Shown: positions 1 through 9,299 of the stretch, piece after piece
How the letters are laid out: each line of letters starts with the position of its first letter
Numbering within the stretch: position 1 is the first letter of the stretch
Source of the DNA: Promethearchaeota archaeon
GTDB lineage: Archaea; Asgardarchaeota; Lokiarchaeia; Sigyniarchaeales; SOKP01
DNA length: 19,504 nucleotides
Reading direction: 5' to 3'
Assembly (NCBI GenBank): GCA_048941285.1
Contig: JBHLNS010000055.1
Span: 1 to 19,504 of the forward strand
Translations under genes and position numbers: made by a program
The notes under the pieces: model-generated
Database searches by the model: none
What the model was told of the DNA's origin: nothing
The model's input: only the letters and a program-made list of their open reading frames with translations

Positions 1-178
1 GATTTCTATAGTAATATATATTATAAAACCTTTAAATATCTAAAATTTTTTGAGGTACTTATAAAATACCTTATAATCCAATCTTTTCAATTAAAAATTC
101 GAATATTTGTAGTTATTGTGGAGCAATTATTAAACAATGAACTGATGTAAGTAAATATCCTTGTTAAAAAAAATTATT

Positions 179-667
179 TTAACTCTTTTTGTCTATTAAC
201 TCTTTAAAAGAACAATTCTCTTTGATAACATTTAAAACTATATGTGTATTAGTGCGTTCAACATAAGGAGATGTATGGATTTCTTTTATCATTTTACTTA
301 AATCGCCTCTATTTTGGAATTTCGCAATTATTAGGGCATCATATTCTCCGGTTATATCGTAAACTGCAAAAATGTTTGGATTTTTTGCGATATCTTTTTC
401 AACTTCCAACATTTTTCCCTTAGATATTGTTAATTCGATTAGGGCAATAATATCGAATCCTAGTTTTTCATAATCAATCTTTACACCGTAATCTATGATA
501 ATCCCGTCATCTTCTAACGTTTCTATATGGTTTTTAACCGTTACAGGTGATTTATTTCCTAAATCTTTTGCAAGTTGTCGAAGAGAGACTCTTCCATCTG
601 TACTTAATTTTTTTAAGATCTCAATGTCAATTTGCGAAATATCTTTAAGGCTAGATCGTTCAGTCAT
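179..667 (-). CDS. Lrp/AsnC family transcriptional regulator (full length, HTH + RAM domain)
   Basis: N-terminal DIEILKKLSTDGRVSLRQLAKDLG..PVTVKNHIETLEDDGII HTH, linker IDYEKLG and C-terminal VYDITGEYDALI...VERTNTHIVL RAM domain. Divergent from glnA. Confidence 0.95.
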   Translation of the reverse strand: MTERSSLKDISQIDIEILKKLSTDGRVSLRQLAKDLGNKSPVTVKNHIETLEDDGIIIDYGVKIDYEKLGFDIIALIELTISKGKMLEVEKDIAKNPNIFAVYDITGEYDALIIAKFQNRGDLSKMIKEIHTSPYVERTNTHIVLNVIKENCSFKELIDKKS

Positions 668-799
668 ACTATTAGAAGTTATATAATTATTATAAAAGTA
701 TGCAATTGTACACTTTCAACGCAAAAAGATAACCAAATGATTATTTTTTACCTCGACAAAAATTGTAAAATAAATCATTCGTTCACATATATATTCAAT

Positions 800-883
800 T
801 TATGATCATATATAAACCTTTTTTTCCATTAATGTTAACATATGTTCTAGAAAATATTAAGATTTTTATATATATGATCATAA
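800..883. promoter_or_regulatory. Divergent lrp/glnA promoter region with two TATGATCATA palindromes abutting candidate TATA boxes
   Basis: Perfect 15-bp inverted repeat TTATGATCATATATA (800-814) / TATATATGATCATAA (869-883). TTTATATA on + at 865-872 and on - at 816-809. Central palindrome AACATATGTT at 837-846. Confidence 0.6.
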
Positions 884-964
884 TTATATTTATAAAATAA
901 AAATTAGGGATTATTTATATATTAAAATTAGTAAAAATAGAAAAAGAGAAGCATAAGATTAAAA

Positions 965-2314
965 ATGATTGAAAAAAACAACCCTAAGAGAAAGGATTTA
1001 TGTAATACTGTAATTGAAAGGATAAAAGAAGAAGATATTAAATTTATTTATCTCCAATTTACTGATATTCACGGTATTATCAAATCTTTTGAAATAAATT
1101 CAAAACGCATTGAAGAAGTTTTTGAGGATGGAGAAAATTTTGATGGCAGCTCAATAACAGGTTATGGTGCGATTGAAGAGAGTGATAAAGTTGCATTACC
1201 AGATCCAAGCACATTTTATCGTTTGCCATGGAGGAAGGAAAATAAGGTAGCTCGAGTTATTTGTGACATCTATAAACCTGATGGTCAACGATATGAAGGG
1301 GATCCAAGACATATTTTGCAACGGGCCATAAAAAAAGCAGAAGAACACGGTTATACCTATTATTGTGCTCCAGAAATGGAGTTTTTTATACTTACACCTG
1401 ATACTAAACAAGAATTTAAACCATCAGATCTGAGAGGTTATTTTGATTATGACCCTTATGATATTAGCGAAATGATAAGATATCAAATTGCTGAATATTG
1501 TGATGCTATGGGAATTAACGTGGAATGTATTCATCACGAAGTTGCTTTTGGTCAGCATGAGATAGATTTTCGCTATGATCAAGCTGTAAATACAGCTGAT
1601 AATACAATTACAATAAAAACAATAGTTAAAACTGTTGCTGCGAATAAGAATCTTGTAGGAACTTTCATGGCAAAGCCATTTCATGGAATAAATGGCTCAG
1701 GGATGCATGTGCATCAATCTTTATGGAAGAACGGAAATAATTTATTTTATGATGAAAATGATAAAGATCATATTTCAATTTTAATGAAAAAATGGATTGC
1801 GGGACAATTAAAGCATGCTAGAGCTATGTGTGCGGTTCTTAGTAGTTGGCCAAATTCTTATAAAAGGCTAGTACCTGGCTACGAAGCCCCAATTTATCTA
1901 GGGTGGGGATTCAGAAACAGGTCACCCTTAATTAGAGTTCCTGATTTTCATGGTCGCCCTAATGCAGCAAGATGTGAAATTCGGTGTCCAGATCCATCTG
2001 GAAATCCATATCTTCAATTTAGTGTACTTTTAACTGCGGGTTTAAAAGGTATAATATCTGAAGATATTGAAATTTCTGAACCAACAGACAGAAATGTATA
2101 TCATCTTTCTTCTAAAGAAATGGAAAAGGAAGGAATAATTTCTTTGCCAGGGAGCTTACATGAAGCATTAATAGAATTTAAAAACTCTGAATTGATGAAA
2201 GAAGTATTTGGAGAGACTGCATTTAAAAATTATTATTATGCAAAACTCGAGGAATATGACGCCTACAGAGTAGTAGTCTCTGAATGGGAAAGAAATCGTT
2301 ACATTAGATTATAA
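965..2314 (+). CDS. glnA: Glutamine synthetase type I (GSI-alpha-like)
   Basis: Motifs FDGSSI..., IEESD, PEMEFF, HHEVAFGQHEI, KPFHGINGSGMHVHQSL, SYKRLVPGYEAP, NRSPLIRVP, RCEIRCPDPSGNPYL. 449 aa. Confidence 0.95.
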   Translation: MIEKNNPKRKDLCNTVIERIKEEDIKFIYLQFTDIHGIIKSFEINSKRIEEVFEDGENFDGSSITGYGAIEESDKVALPDPSTFYRLPWRKENKVARVICDIYKPDGQRYEGDPRHILQRAIKKAEEHGYTYYCAPEMEFFILTPDTKQEFKPSDLRGYFDYDPYDISEMIRYQIAEYCDAMGINVECIHHEVAFGQHEIDFRYDQAVNTADNTITIKTIVKTVAANKNLVGTFMAKPFHGINGSGMHVHQSLWKNGNNLFYDENDKDHISILMKKWIAGQLKHARAMCAVLSSWPNSYKRLVPGYEAPIYLGWGFRNRSPLIRVPDFHGRPNAARCEIRCPDPSGNPYLQFSVLLTAGLKGIISEDIEISEPTDRNVYHLSSKEMEKEGIISLPGSLHEALIEFKNSELMKEVFGETAFKNYYYAKLEEYDAYRVVVSEWERNRYIRL

Positions 2315-2355
2315 TTCTTAAATTTAATTCAAAATATTCTTTTATATATATAGGA

Positions 2356-2607
2356 TTAAATTAATCCAGGATAATTTTTTTCAAGATTTTCTATAGCATC
2401 AAATAGCAAATTATACAATTTAATATTATCATAGACGTAAGTATTATCAAGAATATAATCTAAAATTTCATTGGCAATCTTCTTGTCTTTCTCATTATAA
2501 TTATCTATTTTAGGTTTAAACATAATGCGAAATTCTTCCGTTAGCCATATCAATTCTTCTCTTAAATTTTCTTCTAAAATTTCATAATATTTAATACTGA
2601 CTTTCAT
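2356..2607 (-). CDS. Small helical hypothetical protein (83 aa from ATG 2607)
   Basis: Amphipathic acidic helical sequence (MKVSIKYYEILEENLREELIWL...). The track's TTG at 2619 lies inside the SD-like GGTTGA, which is 8 nt upstream of ATG 2607, so ATG 2607 is preferred. Confidence 0.7.
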   Translation of the reverse strand: MKVSIKYYEILEENLREELIWLTEEFRIMFKPKIDNYNEKDKKIANEILDYILDNTYVYDNIKLYNLLFDAIENLEKNYPGLI

Positions 2608-2841
2608 TAAATATGTCAACCTTATAAATATTATATAATCTTATTTCTTCTTTAAGTTAGACAAATTTAAACCCTATTAATATTTTTTATAGACCAGTTT
2701 TTATTTTGTATTTTAATAATATAGGTTTTCCCATTTTATGATTCAGTCCATAATATTTATATAATAAATTTATTTTATAGTAATATCAATTAACTTTTTA
2801 AAAGTATAAACGCGTAATCTAAAAGAAATGAGATGATTTAA

Positions 2842-5217
2842 ATGGATAAAAATTTAAATCATATTTGGTCTTTTCCGTTAGTTGGGGGAGTATTAACACT
2901 TATTGGTCTCTTTACTCCTGCCTCAATACTTTTAAGCAACTTTTTTTGGTTCTTCGGGTTGATATACGTGGATGCAGATCCAACATTTAATTACTTCTAC
3001 TGGAATCCTGAAACATTTTTCTTCAATCTAATTCCCTTAATCCTTCTCTCAGGTCTTTCTATCGCAGTTATAGTATTAGCTATAATTTCTAGAAAAGGAG
3101 ATTTCAAAAGATTCTATAAATTCTGGTTAATACTCGGTGGTCTATTTTTCATTCCTCCATTTATACATTTATTTTGGGCTTTATTTACATTTGGCTCTTT
3201 TATTAGATATTTTATCCCTGGATTTGCTTTTATAACCCCATTCATTAGTGGAACAATTATTATATTAGGGACTCTATTTAATTCGCGGGTCTTAATGCCA
3301 CCTTCTCAAAGACGTGATTTAATCATCAAAATAAAGAAATGCTATAGGAATATACTTTGCTCGTTGAGCATTGGAGCTGTAATTTTCCTTTTTGGATCAA
3401 TAATCAGTTTTTCACTTATTTATATTTTACCCGGAGATCCTGTGCTAGCTTATTTAGCCGCTCATGGCATATTTAGTCCTAGCCCAGCTCAATATACCGC
3501 AGCACAACACTTATTGGGGTTACACTTACCACCTTTCTTACAGTTTTTTATGTTTTTATGTCAAACGTTTACAGGTAATTTAGGGGATTCTTTTACTATA
3601 GCTCCTGCGACTCCGGTCATTGATATTTTAGGAATACGAGCAACTCGAATGATTGAATTTATGCTTTTACCTCTTATAATTGTGGTGGGTTTAGGATTTT
3701 TACTAGGGAGATTTTTAGCAAAAAAAAGGGGAAAATGGTATGATAAATTCATTCAATTATTACAAATAACGGTTTTAGCATTTCCTGTTTTTATCATTGG
3801 AATGGCGTGTCAATTTTATCTTGCATATGGTGCAGGGATTATTCCTTCAGTTGGTTACAAAAGTATAGCGAATCCAGATCCCACATTGAGGACAGGTTTT
3901 CTAATATTCGATTCACTACTGGATGGAAGTTGGGCATTAGCCATAGATATCTTTTATCACCTATTAACTCCAATGATTATATTAGGAGTTAGTACTTTTG
4001 CATTAATCGCTTGGCAAACTCGTTCTTACATTGGAAATAAATCACATAAAAAATCACTCCTAAGGCATACGGTTATAACAGGGAGTATTTTCGGATTTAT
4101 TTTTATGTTTTATATATTAATTGATTTTACGTTTAATTTGAATTTTTTAGGTTCACTTCTCATAGACGCGATAAATTTAGTGGATCATTTTGTTTTAATG
4201 CGATCTCTATTTGTTATAGTAGTCATCTTCGTAATTGTTTTAACTATCTCAACTATATCTTTCTGTTTCTATAAATACATAAAAAGTGTACATGCAAAAC
4301 CTAAATCTGAACCAAGTGTGGAAGAAAAAGCTAATAGGGAAAAAGATATAAATGAGATTAGCTCTGAAGAAAATAATAAAAAGTTTTTAATACGAAAAAC
4401 GAAGGATTTATCTCTACCTTTAGGAATTGTTGGTGCAATCTTAATGATTTTCTTAATTATTATAGCAATATTTCCACAGTTAATTACAGAATATACTTTA
4501 GCAGAAGCATCGGCTGTTCAGCTAGGAGCTTGGAACCCACCTTCTCCTGACCATCCTTTAGGACAAACAGCATTAGGGGGGGATGTATTAGGTTTAGTGA
4601 TGTATGGAATACAAGATTCAATGCTTTTTGGGATTATGGCAGTTCTTATTAGCTTAGTTGGAGGAATTCCATTAGGATATTTAGCCGGAAGATTTCGTAA
4701 ATGGGGATATAAATTAGTAATGGCAGCAATGGTTTTTTTCTATACATTTCCCATGTTTATAATAGTACTTCTATTCCTTGGTATATTAGGAACGTATTAT
4801 GGAATCACTCTATTAATTGTGGGAGTACTAATGGTACCTAATTTCACACGGGTTATTGCAAATATAATATCTGGTAATATTAGAGTTGATCTTTATCGAA
4901 CTGGAAAAAAATTACTAGCTCATATTCCATTAAATTTCTCAATCGCAGTTTTAATCTATGCAACATTAGGATTTTTAAGGTTTACACCTTCATTAATCCC
5001 CCAACAATTAGGAAATCTTATGAATATTGGACGTTCCAATTTGTATTCCGCTCCTTGGGCATCATTATGGGCAGGTTTTGCAATTTTTGGGATAACATTC
5101 ACATTTCTTCTTTTGTATTTAGCATTCCAACATCATAATTTAAGTTCTAGAAAATTTAAATTAAAATTTGGGACAGCTAAGAATCGTTCTAAATCTTTAG
5201 AAAATATGGCAAAATAA
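2842..5217 (+). CDS. Fused membrane protein: N-terminal multi-TM domain + DppB/OppB-like + DppC/OppC-like ABC permease
   Basis: DppB hallmarks LPGDPV, LGLHLP...QF, GNLGDS, TGFLIFDSLL, HLLTP. Charged linker about aa 480-520. DppC hallmarks PPSPDHPLGQTALGGDVL...YG, G..LGYLAG, LG.LM..GR..LYSAPW. SD-like GAGATGA upstream. Confidence 0.85.
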   Translation: MDKNLNHIWSFPLVGGVLTLIGLFTPASILLSNFFWFFGLIYVDADPTFNYFYWNPETFFFNLIPLILLSGLSIAVIVLAIISRKGDFKRFYKFWLILGGLFFIPPFIHLFWALFTFGSFIRYFIPGFAFITPFISGTIIILGTLFNSRVLMPPSQRRDLIIKIKKCYRNILCSLSIGAVIFLFGSIISFSLIYILPGDPVLAYLAAHGIFSPSPAQYTAAQHLLGLHLPPFLQFFMFLCQTFTGNLGDSFTIAPATPVIDILGIRATRMIEFMLLPLIIVVGLGFLLGRFLAKKRGKWYDKFIQLLQITVLAFPVFIIGMACQFYLAYGAGIIPSVGYKSIANPDPTLRTGFLIFDSLLDGSWALAIDIFYHLLTPMIILGVSTFALIAWQTRSYIGNKSHKKSLLRHTVITGSIFGFIFMFYILIDFTFNLNFLGSLLIDAINLVDHFVLMRSLFVIVVIFVIVLTISTISFCFYKYIKSVHAKPKSEPSVEEKANREKDINEISSEENNKKFLIRKTKDLSLPLGIVGAILMIFLIIIAIFPQLITEYTLAEASAVQLGAWNPPSPDHPLGQTALGGDVLGLVMYGIQDSMLFGIMAVLISLVGGIPLGYLAGRFRKWGYKLVMAAMVFFYTFPMFIIVLLFLGILGTYYGITLLIVGVLMVPNFTRVIANIISGNIRVDLYRTGKKLLAHIPLNFSIAVLIYATLGFLRFTPSLIPQQLGNLMNIGRSNLYSAPWASLWAGFAIFGITFTFLLLYLAFQHHNLSSRKFKLKFGTAKNRSKSLENMAK

Positions 5218-5227
5218 TATTTCTAAC

Positions 5228-5237
5228 TTTTTTTTTT
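5228..5237 (+). terminator. Oligo-T (T10) putative archaeal terminator
   Basis: Ten consecutive T 10 nt after the permease stop codon, between convergent genes. Confidence 0.55.
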
Positions 5238-5256
5238 ATTTTAAAGAATAGATAAA

Positions 5257-7065
5257 TTAGACTTGTTCTTTCATTTTTTCTATATATTCAAGACTTTGAT
5301 GCCTGAAATATGTGTTATAAAGTTCGGCATACATACCTCCTTTAACCATTAACTCATCATGATTTCCTTCTTCGACGATTTTCCCGTGATCAAGTACAAT
5401 AATTCTATCTACATGTCGCACAGTCCAGAGTCGATGAGCAATGATTATTGATGTCCGGCCTTCGATAGTTTTTTGTAAAGCATCTTGAATTCGTGTTTCT
5501 GTAAAAGGATCAACTGAAGCTGTGGCTTCATCTAAAATAAGGATAGCAGGGTTTTCTAATAAGACCCGAGCAAAAACTACTAGTTGTCGCTGACCCATAG
5601 AAAGACGACTACCTCTTTCTCCAGTATCGGTGTTTAATCCGTTTGGTAAATCCTCGATCCACTCGGAACCACTCGTAACGTTTAAAGAATTATAAACATC
5701 TTCTGTATTTGCGTCTATACAGCAATATTTTATGTTATTTTCAATAGAATCTGCGAAAAGAAATGGAGATTGAGGAATAATTCCTATTTGCTTTCGATAT
5801 TCTTTAAGGTTATAATTTCTAATACTAACTCCATCAACCAATATATCACCGGCTTGAAATTCATAAAACCTTCCTAAGAGTTTTGCTAAACTTGATTTTC
5901 CTGCCCCAGTATGTCCAACAATTGCTAAAGATTCTCCTGCTTTAATTGAAAGATTAAAATTATTAAAAATTATTTTTTCTTTTTCATAATAGAAAACTAG
6001 GTTTTTGAGCTCTATGCTGCCTTTTAATCTTGAAGGATTAATGTTATCATTTTGAATTACTTGAGGTAAAGTATCTATTAATGCAAAGATTCGTTCAGAG
6101 GCAGCCATTCCAGCTTGGAATGTGGGCCAAAACGATGCTATAGATAACAACGGAAAAAATAAATAATTTAAACCCTGTAAAAAAAGATTTAGATCGCCAG
6201 CGCTCATCCCTCCTCCCAAAACATTACTGCCTCCAAATAGTACTAATAATGTTATTACAATTCCTTGTATGAGTCCTAGGGAAGGAAAAATAGCATTTAA
6301 CACAAATGCTCTTCTTAAATTAACTTTGTATGAAGTTGTATTTATCTTATCGAATTTTCCATACAATTTATCTTCTTGACGAAAAGTTTTCGCTATTTGA
6401 ATACCTGAAAAACTTTCTTTAACAAAATCATTAACTGATGCTAAAGCTCTTTGTCCTAACAATGTTCTTTTCCGTGCAATTTTACGAAATGCTAATGCTA
6501 GGATAAAAAAGAAGGGAATTGAGCTAATAGTTGCCAAAGAAAGTGTAAGATTTATGACAAGCATTATAATGATTAAAATTAGTAAAATTAAGATGGATGA
6601 GACTAACTGGATTGATAAATCTACAGTTGTTCCGAAAGTGTCACTATCTGAATTTACCCTACTAACTATCTTACCTGTTGGATTTCTATCAAAAAACGAA
6701 AGATCATGATTTAATACTGAGTTTGTAGCATCTTTTCTAAGATCCAGCATCACCCCTCCTATTACTCGAAATGCATAACGTTGCTGAAAGTAATTGAATA
6801 CCCAACTTAAGAGATTTAAGATGAGAATAATAGATACGATAAAGACAATATAAAAGGCATTTCTATTCGTCTCTAAATTGTTGATGATGATACTAATTAA
6901 AACTGGTACAAAAGCAGATGTAAGAGATGAGATTGTAATAAATAGAATAACTATTGCCATAGAGCGCTTATATGAGCTGAAATATCCTAAAATACGCTTT
7001 AATAAAGTTCGATCTTTATATTTTCTATCGTATTCCTCTGCTTCTAAGTCCCATCCATAAGCCAT
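5257..7065 (-). CDS. ABC exporter half-transporter (TMD+NBD), TM288/TmrA-like subunit
   Basis: Multi-TM N-terminal half, Walker A GHTGAGKS, signature LSMGQ, Walker B ILILDEAT, H-loop IAHRL. Confidence 0.95.
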   Translation of the reverse strand: MAYGWDLEAEEYDRKYKDRTLLKRILGYFSSYKRSMAIVILFITISSLTSAFVPVLISIIINNLETNRNAFYIVFIVSIILILNLLSWVFNYFQQRYAFRVIGGVMLDLRKDATNSVLNHDLSFFDRNPTGKIVSRVNSDSDTFGTTVDLSIQLVSSILILLILIIIMLVINLTLSLATISSIPFFFILALAFRKIARKRTLLGQRALASVNDFVKESFSGIQIAKTFRQEDKLYGKFDKINTTSYKVNLRRAFVLNAIFPSLGLIQGIVITLLVLFGGSNVLGGGMSAGDLNLFLQGLNYLFFPLLSIASFWPTFQAGMAASERIFALIDTLPQVIQNDNINPSRLKGSIELKNLVFYYEKEKIIFNNFNLSIKAGESLAIVGHTGAGKSSLAKLLGRFYEFQAGDILVDGVSIRNYNLKEYRKQIGIIPQSPFLFADSIENNIKYCCIDANTEDVYNSLNVTSGSEWIEDLPNGLNTDTGERGSRLSMGQRQLVVFARVLLENPAILILDEATASVDPFTETRIQDALQKTIEGRTSIIIAHRLWTVRHVDRIIVLDHGKIVEEGNHDELMVKGGMYAELYNTYFRHQSLEYIEKMKEQV

Positions 7066-7067
7066 TT

Positions 7068-8906
7068 TTAAATTTCCTCATATTGTTTAATTAAGGTATC
7101 GATTTCAACATCAAATTTTTTGATAAAAATACGTTGGTATTCTTCTGAAGTCTTTAAAAGTTCCTCATGAGTACCTTTAGCAACAATTTCTCCTTTTTTA
7201 AGAACAATTATTAAGTCTGCCCATCTAATTTGTGAAAGTCTATGAGTTATAAGAATGGTTGTTCTGTTTTTTAGAATATTTCGGATTGCTATTTGTATTT
7301 TATCTTCTGTATTAGAATCTATAGCAGAAGTTGAATCATCTAATATTAAGATTTTAGGGTTGACAAGAAAAGCGCGAGCAATAGCAATCCTTTGCCTTTC
7401 ACCACCACTTAATTGGACGCCTCGTTCTCCTACCTCAGAATTATATTGTTTGGGTAATTTAGATATAAATTCATGAGCTTGTGCTTGTCTAGCTACCTGA
7501 ATAACCTCTTCAAGAGAACCAGTTTTTCCAAAGGAAATATTTTCGAAAATACTTGTAGAAAATAAAAATACATCTTGATCTACATGAGATATCTGATTTC
7601 TTAACGATTTTAATGCATAATCTCGTATTTCAATATTATCAATGTAAATTTTTCCTTTATTAACGTCATACAATCGTGAGATTAATTTAGCTAATGTTGT
7701 TTTACCCGAACCTGTCGTTCCAACTATAGCTAATGTTTTTCCAGGTTGAATTTCAAAAGAAATATTCTTTAAAACCGGTTTTTCACTCCCTGGATAAGCA
7801 AATGTAACATTTTGGAATTTAATGCTTCCGTCTATAGATTTCTGATATCCTTCAAGATTTTCATCTATTTCTGTCTTTTTATTCATTAGCTCGAGTAATC
7901 TCTGAGCACTTGAAACCGCAAGACGTATTATAGCAAATACAAAAATAGAAATAAATGTAGGGAAGCGCAATAACGATAATAATCCTACATAAGCAATGAT
8001 TTGCCCAATATTCATTAGACCATAAAAATTAAGTATTATAGCATGGATTAACCCACCTGTAATAGCGAAGGCTAAAAGTAGTATTGGAAGATATTTCGCT
8101 TCGATATCGCCTTGTTCAACATATGCATCCTTATAATTATTAGCATGTATTACATACTTTTGGATTTCTTTAGCTTCTTGTGCTGTAGCTTTAACTACTT
8201 CAATTCCTGTGAGTGCTTCGTTTAAAGTAGAGTTCATAATCCCATAAAATGCACGAAGTTTCCCGGTTACAGGCCCAATTTTTTTAATGTATGATTTTAG
8301 GGAGAAGAAAAATGATACTGAAAAAATTATAGGCGCTAATATTAATTGAGTTGGATAAAAAATAACAATATAGAAAAGTGGTATTATAAGTGCAGTGAAT
8401 GATTCAAATATTAAAGAAATTGCTGGACTAATCAAATAGTTCATAGTCCTTACGTCATCAGTAGCACGAGCCATAATTTCACCAATCTTTTGTTGATCGT
8501 GAAAAGATTGACTTTTCCCAAGCAAATTTGCATAAAATTCTTTTCGACAATCTCTTTCTAATCTTTGAGCAATAACTTCACGTAGCATATAATTAGTTAG
8601 GCGTAAAATAGGCGTTCCTGTGCTTAATAATAATATAAAAAGAGTATAAAATATCAATGAAGATTGGTTTCCATTTAAAAAATCGGTGATTGCATTTCCT
8701 ATTACAACAAGAATCGCTGAGGATAAATTAGCTGCTAAAATGGTTGTAAAAAATACAATAGTAATAAATAGTTTATTTGAACCATGAAAAATATGTGCTA
8801 ATATCCACTTTCTAGATCCTTTTCTTCGAGCGTTCTCATAAGGATCTTTCCCTGGTGAAAATTCTACAATTTCTATATTATTCCTATAATCTGTATTCTT
8901 CTGCAT
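7068..8906 (-). CDS. ABC exporter half-transporter (TMD+NBD), TM287/TmrB-like subunit
   Basis: Walker A GTTGSGKT, signature LSGGE, Walker B ILILDDST, H-loop ITHRL. Stop codon 2 nt before partner's ATG. Confidence 0.95.
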   Translation of the reverse strand: MQKNTDYRNNIEIVEFSPGKDPYENARRKGSRKWILAHIFHGSNKLFITIVFFTTILAANLSSAILVVIGNAITDFLNGNQSSLIFYTLFILLLSTGTPILRLTNYMLREVIAQRLERDCRKEFYANLLGKSQSFHDQQKIGEIMARATDDVRTMNYLISPAISLIFESFTALIIPLFYIVIFYPTQLILAPIIFSVSFFFSLKSYIKKIGPVTGKLRAFYGIMNSTLNEALTGIEVVKATAQEAKEIQKYVIHANNYKDAYVEQGDIEAKYLPILLLAFAITGGLIHAIILNFYGLMNIGQIIAYVGLLSLLRFPTFISIFVFAIIRLAVSSAQRLLELMNKKTEIDENLEGYQKSIDGSIKFQNVTFAYPGSEKPVLKNISFEIQPGKTLAIVGTTGSGKTTLAKLISRLYDVNKGKIYIDNIEIRDYALKSLRNQISHVDQDVFLFSTSIFENISFGKTGSLEEVIQVARQAQAHEFISKLPKQYNSEVGERGVQLSGGERQRIAIARAFLVNPKILILDDSTSAIDSNTEDKIQIAIRNILKNRTTILITHRLSQIRWADLIIVLKKGEIVAKGTHEELLKTSEEYQRIFIKKFDVEIDTLIKQYEEI

Positions 8907-9057
8907 TTATGAATTCAAGTTATATTAGAGAATATTAAATTATTAGTTTTGAAATGGTAGATTATTAATAGGTTTTTTATATTTAAAATATAAATTTCAT
9001 TGGAGATTTTAATTTTAAAAGGGAAATTCGATATTTTTTCCGTATCTTGCTATGAAA

Positions 9058-9076
9058 CAATCGTTGAAAACGATTG
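9058..9076. repeat. Perfect inverted repeat CAATCGTT-GAA-AACGATTG (operator or hairpin candidate)
   Basis: 8-bp arms with 3-nt spacer, extendable with TGAAA/TTTCA to 9053-9083. About 150 nt upstream of the exporter operon start. Confidence 0.4.
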
Positions 9077-9299
9077 CTTTTCAGAGAAATTAGAGATTTT
9101 TGCTAAAAGACATATTATCTAGTTGTCTTAATGTTGAAAAACAGTAAAAAGTTGAATTTTTCATGGAATTATCCCTATAGTTTTAATAACAAATTTTGTA
9201 CACAAATATTAGGAGTTATATTAACGGATTAATAGGTCCGACAAATTTCTATGAAATATTAAAGATTAATTTAAATATTAGAAGTTTTATAAAATAATT

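Noticed and set aside
2608-2619. TTG start for the 87-aa ORF
   Set aside because: The TTG is part of the SD-like GGTTGA; ATG 2607 is better placed.
9064-9078. Match to the CcpA cre-like consensus (TTGAAAACGATTGCT)
   Set aside because: The consensus is degenerate and Firmicute-specific, the context looks archaeal, and no LacI-family gene is in the window.
9000-9122. 40-codon TTG-started frame LEILILKGKFDIFSVSCYETIVENDCFSEKLEIFAKRHII
   Set aside because: No SD or recognisable motif, and the length is within chance expectation; not called as a gene.
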